Origin: Mobula birostris
Lineage: Eukaryota
Reading direction: 5' to 3'
DNA length: 64,000 bases
NCBI RefSeq assembly: GCF_030028105.1
Contig: NC_092370.1
Span: forward strand, 81,922,969-81,986,968
This document shows positions 1 through 11,599 of this stretch, piece after piece. Position numbers and translations under genes: made by a program. The notes beneath the pieces are model-generated. The model searched no databases, was not told the origin of the DNA, and worked only from the letters and a program-made list of their open reading frames with translations. How positions within the stretch are numbered: position 1 is the stretch's first letter; every line of letters starts with the position of its first letter.

Positions 1-235
1 TATGAGTTTTTTGACTTCTCTTCAGGGTATTGGAAATGATCTGTGGATATTTTGAGAGCAGTATGCAGGTATTTTGATAAGTGAACAATGAGGTTAGATA
101 GAGAGATGGAGGTGGGTTGATTGTTCTGCTGGATAGATTTGAATGTGGAGTTGGGGTTGCAATAAGATGAGGTATATTCTTCGGTGGTGGAGTAAACTTG
201 AAGAGCCAAATGGCACTATTGCTACCTTATGTCAT
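1..235 (+). mobile_element. Degenerate CR1 LINE 3' end remnant
   Basis: Resembles the CR1 3' ends elsewhere in the window (ttctcttcagggtattggaaatgatctgtgg...gaagagccaaatggc); heavily decayed. Confidence 0.45.
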
Positions 236-2090
236 TTTTGAGTTGTTTGGCGCATGTTATGAAGTGGGTGGTGATGGTTGACATCTGAGCTACTACTTGC
301 TAAAATGGATGTGCGCGTTTAAGTATTCATTGTGACGAGTTCTCTTGTTGCTGTAAACCTATACCTACAGATGGGAATATAATGCTTCACTCTTCATATA
401 TTGCAAATCAAATTTATTTTCTGAAAGTTTTGCAGAATTATATGGTTGTTTGGCTCTCCTGCCTGCAGTAAAAGCAGAATGAGGAGAAAGCACAACTTTC
501 TGACTCTTCAGGGATTACGTATTTGTTACTTTATTGCCAGTTGTATCTAGGTTTTATTTTTCCCATGTTTTGATTTTTTCTTTGTTTTGCTACAGAGCAG
601 GAACCTACTGTTGCAGCTGGTAGCAGAAATGGCAGTTGTGAATGAATTATTTTACCTTTCGAGCATTACAGATGAACTTCTGAAACAAGAAAATTTCAAT
701 GAGCACATGGCAGAATGGTTCATTTTCTTTCCAATGAACCATCCACAGAAAGGAAGGTGGTGCTTATACTTTGATCCTCTTGTTCAGAATGCAAGGGAAT
801 AATAATAAAAGATCAGTCATTTTGCTTCTCTGCTTCTTGGCAGCCAGTGGAATGTGCCAAAGGGGAAAATCAGAAGAGTGAAGCATTCTTTATTGATTTG
901 TTCTTTAACCATTTTTTCATAAAGATATGTACTGTTATTCCATATATTCTTCAAGTCTCACTTTAATTAATTGTATTTTAGTTCTTCATTAATTCTGCAA
1001 TTTTGACATAATGGGAACCAAACATAGAAATCTGCAGCAGTCTTTCAGCCATCAAACGATTAAAGCTAATGGTCTTTAACAGTTTCCTTACTTTTTATAC
1101 TCCTTTCTTCAACACTTATCCAGTAAGATTTCATCAGCCCTTTGAGCACTGAATTCCTTCATACTTATGGTGTTGAAACATATGTTCAATCACTTAAACG
1201 TATTCAAGAAATACTCTGTAATGTTATAACTCCTTGGATAATAGAGTTAGAAAGCGCAACATAACATATTATAAAGTTTATTATTAGATTGGTTTAAATG
1301 ACAAGAGATTTAAAGATATGAAGAAACCCTCTTGTCCATGTAGGAATTGAACCATTAGTCATGATACAAAAAATAATTCTTGCTGTTTCACATTATAAAA
1401 AAATGCAGTTAATGTGTGGAGGGGTAATTTGAAACTATTTGCACCTTTTTATTCCTTTACTTTTTTCCCTGTCCAACTCACAAAATCCTGCTTGAACCTT
1501 CTACGTTTTCAGAAGTTTAAACTTTATTAAAGTGATCCGTGCTTATTTCAGGTGAGAGAGACAAACAGCATTGTTCTTACAGCTGGTGATAACTCCTTTC
1601 TGTAAGGTATCTGCAATAACTCGATTGAGAAGTTTGTCCCACTTCCACAGTTGGTTTGCATATGTGTCATGCCTAGGGCTATTGGGTTCTGAGCGGTGTG
1701 AAATGGGAATTTAAATGGTTATATGCTGCTTGTGTTTTTATTTAGAAACAAAACTGAGACCGTATCTTTTCTGTTGCAGTCTTGGACCCACTTGGACACC
1801 AAGCAGCTTAATTTTCCTTCTGGAAACCAGGTGCCAGATTGAGAACAGCCCCAAAATGTTGCTTTATTCCTTACTGATGCCACCTATGGCTTGGTGTGAT
1901 ATAGCACATCCTATCCCTTGGTCTTCATAAACTAGAAAATTATTTTTATGTTGGATCCATTTGATGACTACTAGTTGCATCGGCTTGACAAATTTCTGCA
2001 TTTTGATTAAGGGAAGAACTTGAGCAACAAGAACTAAAAATGTTACTTAAACAGTCATGGATCAATAGGTAAATTGATAAATTAAATTGG

Positions 2091-3065
2091 TAAGTTGGTT
2101 TATTATTGTCACTTTCACTGAACTTGAGTGAAAAACTTTGTTTCCCATGCCATTCATACTGATCATTCCATGGTGTCAATGCATAGAGGCAATACAAGAG
2201 AAAACAAAAACAGAATGGTGAATGAAATGTTACAACTATAGAGAAAGTGCATTGCTGTCAGACAATAAGGTACAAGGTGATAATGAGGTAGATTGTGAGG
2301 TCAAGAGTCTATGTTATTGTACTAGGGAACCATTCAAAAGTCTGGTAACAGTGGGTTGGTAGATGTCCTTGAGCCTGATGGTACATGCTTTGAGGCATTT
2401 GTATCTTTTACCCACTAGGGGAGGGGAGAAGAGTGAATGTCTCGGGTGGGTGAAATCTGATTGTATTGGCGAGAGTAGACAGAGTCCACAGAGGGGAGGT
2501 TGGTTTCTGTGATGTATTGAGCTGCATTCACAATTTATAGACATAGATTAAGACAAGGAAATAGTGCCTTTGGCCCAGTCATACCTGCCAAGCTATTCCC
2601 ATTTACCTGCATTGGCCCATTTGCCTGTAAACCTCTCCTGTCCATTACTTATCCAAATGTATGTTAAATATTGTTACTATGCTGGCCTCAGTCACTTCCT
2701 TAGGCAACTCATTCCATTTCTGCATCCCCACCCTTTGTGTGAAGAAGTTGCCCCTCAGGTTCCTTTTGAATCATTCACCTCTCATGTTAAACCAACGGCC
2801 TTTTGTTTTTAGTTTCACTTTCCCTGTGCAAAAGACAACATGTGCTCACCCTATCTATACCTCTTGTGATTTTATATACCTCTATAGTTTCTCATGGTCT
2901 CAGGCAGCGCAGTACCATACCAAACCATGTTGCCTCCAGACAGGATACTTTCCAATGGTGTGCTTATAATAATTGATGAGGATCAAATGGGAAATACCAG
3001 TTTCTTGAGTGTCCAGGAGGTATTGGCTTTGATGAGCTTTCTTGATTGTGGCTGACATCCATGTG
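2091..3065 (-). mobile_element. Rex1/Babar LINE 3' fragment interrupted by a CR1 insertion
   Basis: ORF 2314..2544(-) HPRHSLFSPPLVGKRYKCLKACTIRLKDIYQPTVTRLLN matches the C-terminus of the better copy at 19347-19556 (HPGHAFFSLLPSGRRYRSLKAHTQRFRNSFFP). Homology resumes after 2887 (LVWY motif in ORF 2900..3136). Confidence 0.8.
2541..2887 (-). mobile_element. CR1 3' fragment nested in Rex1/Babar
   Basis: Reverse complement of a CR1 ORF2 end and 3' UTR (caccctttgtgtgaagaagttgcccctc = RGNFFTQRV). Flanked by TATAG at 2536-2540 and 2883-2887. Confidence 0.8.
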
Positions 3066-3904
3066 GTTATTAATATATTTTTTCCCATACAAAACAGGTT
3101 AATATGCTTCTCATCTGCATTTATTGAAAAAAACATGACTTACTATCTAACAACTCTACCTCTGTTTCACAGAGAGCATGAAGTTGTTCGGCATAGCACA
3201 ACAATGATTCAGGGTACCACCGCCCTTATTCTTTGATTAAAATGTGTCTCTGCTGTCCATTCTTGCTCTGTGTACCTGCTGAGCATATACTCTCATACTT
3301 ACTCTCAGATCAGATCTAATTTGATCGTGGTTGGCCTCAACTATATTAGAATTGCTTATTAGCTGGGCTTGGTTTCATCTGAACTTGAGGAGTTATTTGA
3401 TGAAGTAACCAGGTGATAAGTTCTTTTCACGTATAGTGTACTTAAATTAGACATTTTGTCTGTTAATGCCCAAATTAGCAATAACTGAGACATAATCTGC
3501 AGCATCAAAAAGCACTTGGATACTTTTTTATCTTTAAGTGCACTATGGAAAGTTAAAACATCAATGAATTGAGGTGTGCCTCAGATGCTATTTACCTATT
3601 CATTCCCAGATCTAAAATAGTTACCCACAGGATTCTCAGTTACATTTGTTAATTTCTTTCACTTCAAGGAATTGGAAGGCATTTACTGTGGCACTGTTGA
3701 AATAACTATGTTCAGAGGCTGAATGAAATGAAAGGTAATTCTTTTGCTGTAATATGGACATTAAACCAAAAGTTGCCCGTGCTCCTAGCCAGGTGCAATT
3801 CCATCATAATATCTAAGAATGTCATAATTTTCTATAGATTGGACAGTTCTGCTCCTTATCCAACAATTGCCCCACCCTAACGCCTACCCATATAAAAGCA
3901 TGTA

Positions 3905-4078
3905 CACCCGAGACATGAGAGATTGCAGATGCTGACAAAAGCATGCTGAAAATAGCAGGTGCTATTTTCCTTCTTTTTTTCCTATTGGCTCTCAGCTTAA
4001 TGCAGTGTTTTAATCCAAAACATTTACAAAATTCCTTTCCCTACAGATGCTGAGTTCTCCCAGCAGGTTGTTTGCTGA
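3905..4078. mobile_element. Decayed Penelope-like terminal remnant
   Basis: ttgcagatgctg... and ...cagatgctgagttctcccagca resemble the PLE termini at 17048 and 53045 in opposite orientations. Confidence 0.4.
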
Positions 4079-7000
4079 CATTCACTGGGCAGTATGGCAT
4101 TATTATAGAAAAATCAACATTGCAGGGGAGAGCCCAGTGGCAATCAATAGTAGGATTGTTCCATTAACCTTAAGATATTTCTGTTGTAAGGTGATATTAG
4201 GCAGCAGGAACTGCTGAATTTTGCACTGTGGGGAAAAAAGCTACAGCTCTGTTACTTCAATTATTTTATTTGTTACCATGTACCCCTTGTTGGATCTGAA
4301 TACTTTGGCAGTTTCATGTATGTGCGTATGATCGAGAAAATTCCTTTTGCTCGCTAATCACAGAATTACAGAATTTGCATTATAGTATTTCTGCCATTTA
4401 GGGTGATAACAATGAATCTAGTTCCTCTTACTTGTCTTGTGTATCATTTTATTCTGTCTTCTAATTTAGACCCAGTCTGAGTGTAAAGGTTTTATAGAGA
4501 GCCCTCATTAATGTGACATTAAAAGGATAAATATACCAATGAAGTTGAAACAGGGCAGGTTCTTTCTATAGTCCTCATTCAGTCCTCTGTCTGAATAAAT
4601 ACACTCATTATTGAGTCATTATATATAATGCTATATATCCAAGTAAGGTTTCACCTGTGTGTGTGACTTGCTACAGTATTAGCAGTTGAATAAATTAATT
4701 GGTGCAACAGAAAAATTAAACATAAATTCTCTCACATTCTGTGTGGAAATGATTGGCTGTGGGGCACCAACCCTGTTCATCATGATGAATGGAACTTCAT
4801 GATTCCACATTGAAAAGTTTTACACAAAACATCTGCTCCCAAGGTGCCTTTAACTTGCAGGTTTATGTTTCATTTAGTACTTAAACAGATGTTGAATTGC
4901 ATAGGCTTTGAATCCAATTCCTGTATTTATGTGAACTTCTGAAAACCACCCTGTTTCAACATTACTTGCTCTTGGAACAGATGGATAGTGGAGAGCATGG
5001 CTTCCTTTCCTCGAGCCCTCCCACAGCTGACTTCTGTTGTAATTGTTCTCCTGTTTAACTTGGATGCAGAATGGTGGTTTTGACAGTAAGGATATAAAAC
5101 TCATTTTCACAATTTTGGGAAATTGTATATCCAGTATAATACAGAACTAATTTTAATATGTAGATCATGCAAAGAGAAATTAGGGTGGGAACAGGAGTAT
5201 GAGAGGAAAAATAGTTTTTGGTACATTGCTTTTTCTTTGTCATTATTATTACATGGTCTTATATTCTGAAGTTATTGAATGACATCCACCTTTAGTGATG
5301 AGAATCCCTCAGTAGTTCATCTAGTTGGTTATCATTCATTATTGAAATTGATGGTCAAGAGGTCATGTGTCTCACTCAGGCCAACATGCACATGGGTATA
5401 TTGCAGGTTGTTCAGGTGTGATGGAGTGTATCACTCACCTGATTTTCAAGTGAATGTTACATCTCATCATAACTAAGCCTTTAATCTAACCTTAGAGATG
5501 AATAACCTCCACCTTTAGGGCCTAGGCAGCTGGAAACATGAAGACAACTCTCTGGTTTTCTTTCCAAACTCTGCTGTCTATCTGCTTTTTCTCCTTCCAG
5601 ATTCTCCTTAAAATCTATCTGTCTGACTGTCTTTCCAATATCCTTCTGTAGCTTATTGTGAAACCATCATTTACACAAAAGCCTTGTGAAGTGCATTGGG
5701 TTGTTTTACTCTTGTTATTAGTGCAGATTTTTGGTGCTTTGGCTGGTTATAATGAACATTTTTATAGCAACTCAACTTGTACCTTACATGCGGTGGTCAA
5801 TGTAAGATTGAAGTCCCATCTGTCTTCTGATAGCGTTGTTCACATCAGAGTACTGAACCACAGTGTACAATTCAGCTGAAAGCAGTATTGTTGAACGTTC
5901 AGATAACTTTTCAAAGATTCTCTCCATACTTAATTGTAAAATTGTGCCAGAATCTGTTGAGTTCAACAAGCCAGTTCACAGCAGTGGCAGGATTTCTAGA
6001 AGCTTTAAAAAGTAATTTCCTCTTTTTAACCTTCAAGAAACAATTTTTCCACAGTGAGGTAAAATTAACTGAGGAATGTTCAGAACTGAATTCCTGCTTG
6101 CAAGCAGTGAGTAACTTAATGACAGGTAATCGTGAGGTGTGAACAGCCACTTGAACTGCTCAGTGTAATTGGCCCACTTTATACGGTTTTTAAGGCATCT
6201 TTGTAATTGATGCTTATGGTAATACCAAATGGCCAGCAGCATTGGTAAAAGCAAGTGGCTAGAAAGGTTTAAGCACTGACAACTGTATATACATCAATAT
6301 GCAATATCCCACACATATCTACATTTAATTTTTAAGTTGGATCCAATCATTTAATTAGCTTTGAAATCTGCAAAGAATCAGACAATTTATAGAAAAGGGA
6401 GTATTTACTGCATTCTTCAGAGCAATTGCCTGTGTTTCAGACAATTGTACAAGCAGTTTTGTTGCTTAGTTTAATAAGGCACTTTATATCTGCTTCAAGA
6501 GAACACATTCTTTAGTTTTAAATTCTCTGGAGCACATGTAAAATTGGTAAAATACTTAATTACTCAGAATTTTAAAAGGATACTAATTTTAACAAAGCTA
6601 AGACACTATTTTTCATTATAATCATTTGACAATTGCACAGCAGTGATCTTCAATTTGGTCAGACTTTTTTTTTCTCTATATAGTTTTTATAGCATTACAT
6701 TTCAGCTGCATACCATTTGTTAACCTAAGTTGATTTGTAGTCATGAATACTTTTCTACTTTGTGATCAAAATGTAGATTAAATCGTTTTATATTTCAGCT
6801 GGTCAACAACTTAGAACAAGCATCTGAACTAGAGCAAAGTTCAGATTTATGTGGAGAATAAGCTTGTGTAATTTTCTGTCTCATCAGTGGAACAAATTGG
6901 AGTTTCCTTGGTCCATTGCAGAAAACTAAACAACATGCAGTGTGGGAGGGTTATCAGTTAGTTAGATGTTCTCATTTATTGGCAAAAGAATGCTATCTGC

Positions 7001-7471
7001 AGAATTTTCCCATGCCAGAGTCTTGGGCTGGATATACCCAGTGTTCTCCTGATAAATTTATGAAGTGTACGGCAGTAAATTACCAGAGAACCAGCAATTG
7101 GAGAAGGTCATTAATGGTTGGTTTAGTGTCCTTATCCTTGAAAATGATTGAAAAGCAAGTTTAAAATATAATTGTATTGATAGCTAGACTTTCTGCTGCT
7201 TTTTATTTGCTGAGTTATTTAAGTACAGATTGTTCTATTAAGAGAGAAAATAATGTGGAAATTTCTTGGATCAGTGGAAATAGTTGAAATATGATAATGC
7301 TGATCATCCATTAGATGGGAAACTTCTGTGCAAACATATCTGGAAGTTATTATAAAAACAAATGTTTATAATTTTCTCTCTTCATATATTTTAACAAAAT
7401 TTACACATTCTCCATATCAAAATTTATTGTATCTTTAGTCTCACGTTGATTACAAGATAATATAGAACTAT

Positions 7472-7641
7472 ACACGCAAGATATTCTGCAGAACCTAGAA
7501 ATCCAGAGCAACACTCACAAAATCTGGAGAAACTCAGCAAGTCAGGTAGCATTTCAGGAGCGGAGTAAGTCGTTGACGTTTTGTGCAGAAACGTTTCGTC
7601 AGGACACATCAACATTTTGGGCAGAGGTTCTTCACCAGGAT
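7472..7641 (-). mobile_element. Penelope-like 3' terminus with two tandem degenerate hammerhead motifs
   Basis: caacactcacaaaatctggagaaactcagcaagtcaggtagcat is homologous to 53045-53095. It is followed by two ~36-bp units (7572-7605, 7608-7641) homologous to the ribozyme at 53108-53143. Confidence 0.75.
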
Positions 7642-8659
7642 TATACTGTTATGTTAGAAGTATACTTTATCATGTAGTCCTAATAACTTTTTTCAATAAG
7701 GAAGTATATTCAATTATAGCTTAGCTTAGTTGATGTGTTTAAAGGTGGCATTGGCCATAGGGAGCTGAGGTTGATGAGATAAAAATTGTCCAGATTTTCT
7801 GGTCTGATCATTGTTTAATTGCATCTGCTGGAAATGCATACTAGTAGCCACTGAGTGCGTTCAGCTCTGATACATTTGTTGTCTGTCATTGTTTATTTTT
7901 GAGTTTTACACTAAATTGGGATGACAATAAAGGTAGGTTTAATTTGACATGATGTAATACATTATCTTTTGTGTTAAGTTACTGCTTGAAGAGCAAAATT
8001 TTAATTTATATTGGTTTATTGTGGATGTGATTAACTCTTCATGAATATCCTTGAATTGCAACCTTGTGAAATAATTCACGTGATTTCAAAAACATTGCAT
8101 CATAAAACCAGAATAGTTTTGCTGATTGTAATCAAATTTGGGGCCCAGAGCCAGGAAGATAAAAAGTGTGTTTTTCTTCTGGATTTGTATGGTTGTAGAA
8201 TAGTTTTGTATGATGACACGATACACTGTGAAATGAGATCAGATTTATATCTGTACAAAGACTCCTGTGTAAGCAAGTCTAAAGATCATCTTTTTGTCAA
8301 ACCTTTCCTATTATTGCCCCATAAAACTTTTAATTGCACATCCAAAGATCAGTGCAGAATATAGGACCTCAAAATTTTAAATGTTCACATAATAAACCTT
8401 TATGGCTTTGGAATACATTATTTCCAGGAGAGTAATTTTGTTGAATAGATTAATATCGAGATTTAGGAAACAGACCATTAGACACAATTGATTTTCAACT
8501 GGGCCTCTCCTTCTAAGTCTGCTTCCATAATTATTCAACTAAACCTATTTGCTTTTCCTTCTGTATTGAACTTATCTTCATCATCATATGGTCACTGTAT
8601 TAAAATCCAACAATCTTTTTGCATGTAGTGCCTCTAATTTAGGTAAAATCTTTCTAATC

Positions 8660-9022
8660 AAAATTAGGTTTAATATCACTGCCCTATATCATGAAATTTG
8701 TTGTTTTACGGCAGTAGTACATTGCAATACTTAATGAAAAACTATAAATTACAATAAGAAATGTATGTATAAATAAATTAAATAAGCAGTGCAAAAAGAG
8801 AGTAAACAAAGAGCCAAAAATATTGAGGTAGTGTGCACAGGTTAATAGCCCATTCAGAAATCTGTTGGTGTAAGGGAAGAAGCTGTTCCTAAAATATTAA
8901 TTGTGTGACTTCAGGCTCCTGTACTACCTCCTTGATGGTAACAATGAAAAGAGGGCATGTCCTGGGTGATGAGGGTCGTTAATGATGGATACTGCCTTTT
9001 CAAGACATCGCCTTTTGATGAA
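8660..9022 (-). mobile_element. Rex1/Babar LINE 3' fragment
   Basis: Reverse-complement match to 19390-19777 (gaagaagctgttcct, agggcatgtcctggg, tail aggtttaatatcactg). Confidence 0.8.
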
Positions 9023-11455
9023 GATATGAGGAATTGGATATTGATCCTTCCAAATGTTGAGACTGGTAAACAAAGAGGTGGATTTCAAGAAGTGACTAAA
9101 GGGAAAGATAGAGATGCTGGAAGTGATTTAGGTGGGAATTTCAGATAAGAATCAGAATCAGGTTTATTATCACTGATGAAATTCACCTCATGTGACTTGG
9201 CTACATTGTTTTCCTCTAGCTGCACATTCAACATCCGAAAATCACATATGTGAGGCACAGCTTTGTTTCCAGCCCAGACTTACTGACCTATATATTTCAG
9301 TGGCTATTTCATTGAAAACAACAACTAGAATCAGCAGTAGGCTAGGAGTAGGCTAGGTGAAGCCTGCTTCCCCATTTAGTAGCTGGTCTAGTCTTTGGCT
9401 TCAACAATTTCCCAGCTGATCCCCTTAGTGATTAATTCTTCACCACATTAGAAATCTGTATTTCAGCCCTCAGCACTAGGATGGAGAGAACGAAGGACTT
9501 ACTGAGGAAATTAATTTCTCTTCATCTCAGCATTTAGTAGTCAACCTTAAATCTGCTTTCAGTGCTTATGGCAGTAGGAAATGTGCTTCCATGACCTTTT
9601 TGGGTATAGAATTGCAGTGTTTAGAGAAGTGGGAAAAAAAACAGGCAGACATAAAATTAATGAAACTGAAGTTCAGTTGGGGGTGAGTGTTTTATGAATT
9701 TTAAACTTGATTTGTTTTATGACTATTTTATCCTTGTAACTAAATTAAAATGACCAGGCACTAATATGACTAATCATTCTTCCTGGCAATTTGTCTTGTA
9801 CTTGATTGAATGTGCCATGCTGATGTGTTGTTTGACTCAGTCCTTTTTTGTGGGGATAGATTCCAACTGTCCACATGATATTAAAACTGTAAAAGTCATG
9901 TAAACAGTTCTTTAATTGTGCTGTGCCAGTAATATTCAGCAGATAGTTGACTGATTTAATAAGTTTGAGTTAAATTAGCAACTTATTATTAAAAATGATT
10001 AATAAGAAGTTGCAGCTTTTTGACCAGAACATGCAATCATGCAGGACATGTATTTAGTATTTTAAACATGACTGATTTGTACATTTAAATTCTGGAAGTT
10101 AACCTAAAAAAAATTAATAGGAATTCAGAGTTTTCTACCTCCAGTGCTGAAAACAAGGTTTCCAGACTATTCTAAAAATCTTTTATTCAAAGTTGTATAT
10201 TCATTGATATTGATGCCTTATTTACTAGTTCTACTGATGTAGTTCTCCTTCCTCCCCCCCCCCCCCACCCTCCACAACCACTTTGTACACATTCTTATCT
10301 CAGAGGTCTCTTTCAGGTCAGGGAGAACTGCTTCTTTCCTTCTCTGAATGTTCTTGACCTTTTAGAAACCCGTAACTCTGCTTGTCTTTGATTTGATTTA
10401 AAAGACTGGAGTAACCCAAATTTTCAGTCACTGTTCTGCATTTCTCTAAGAAGTTTGTCTCAAAAATTTCCAAGAACTACCATTTTCCCATTGCCAATTA
10501 ACAATCTAGATTGCCCTCACTTGTAGAGAGGTGTTGCAAGACTCGTGCTAAATAGCAACGCTCCTTTTCCAGATATCATGCAGTAAACTACTAGGGGTGT
10601 ATTTTGAAACACATATTGTTACACTAACCATGGGGCTTTGGAGAATTATTTTCAACATGCTTTCAAAAGTAAATTTTTGACCTGTTTTATAATACTATAC
10701 ACATTGTATAGTGATCAAGCTTTTTTCAATAAGCAGCATAATTTTTAGTTGATTAAATTAATAGAACATGATAAATGTTCTGGTTGGAAGTGATGGTTTT
10801 ATAACTTCGTGCAACATCAGACATGCACATATAATTCAAACACACATGCAGTGCATCCGTTCATCCCTTGTATAATTTAGCTTTTCATCTGTCAAAATTC
10901 ATCTGGAGCTAACTGGCATTGTCTGGCTACGCAATAGTAAATCTTCCTCGCTGTAAAGATAATGTTCTGGTGGATGTCAGTGGATTTGTTCATAAATATA
11001 TTAATTGGCATCATTTCAGCATGGAATATTTTGAATGAAGAACAACTGTTTCCTGGGAAGGATATATTATTTACTTCTAAGCTGTCTGTCAGCATTTCAA
11101 GTACATTGCAAATGGAACCACCAATGCCTTTGAATGAAAAATCCTACAAAAGTGAATATGAACCAGTCCATCATTGAGCACATCTACATGGAGTGCTATC
11201 CTTGGAAAGCAGCATATGTCGTCAATGACCCTCACCTTCCAGGCTGTGATCTCCTCTCGTTGCTGCCATCAGAAAGAAGATACAGGAGTCTCAGGACCCA
11301 CACCACCAGGATCAGGAACAGTTATTACCCCTCAACCGTAAGGCTCCTGAACTAGAGGGGATAACTTCACTCAATTTTACTCACCCCATCACTGAACTGT
11401 TCCCACAACCTACGGACTTACTTTCAATGACTTATCTTATGTTCTGTTTTTTGAA

Positions 11456-11505
11456 TTGCTTGCTTGCTTGTTTGTTTGTTTGTTTGTTTATTTATTTATT
11501 TATTA
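11456..11505 (+). repeat. Compound microsatellite (TTGC)n(TTGT)n(TTTA)n
   Basis: Directly visible; lies inside the LINE 3' UTR. Confidence 0.9.
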
Positions 11506-11599
11506 TTTTCTTTTGTATTTGCACAGTGTGTTGTCTTTTGCACATTGGTTGTTTGTCCGTCCTGTTGGGTGTGGTCTTTCACTGATTCTGTTGTATTTC

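Noticed and set aside
587-802. 71-aa ORF as a host gene exon
   Set aside because: Non-ATG start, no recognisable domain, no convincing in-frame exon chain.
10251-10273. Poly-C tract (and poly-G at ~15907-15922) as G-quadruplex elements
   Set aside because: Simple homopolymers with no supporting context.
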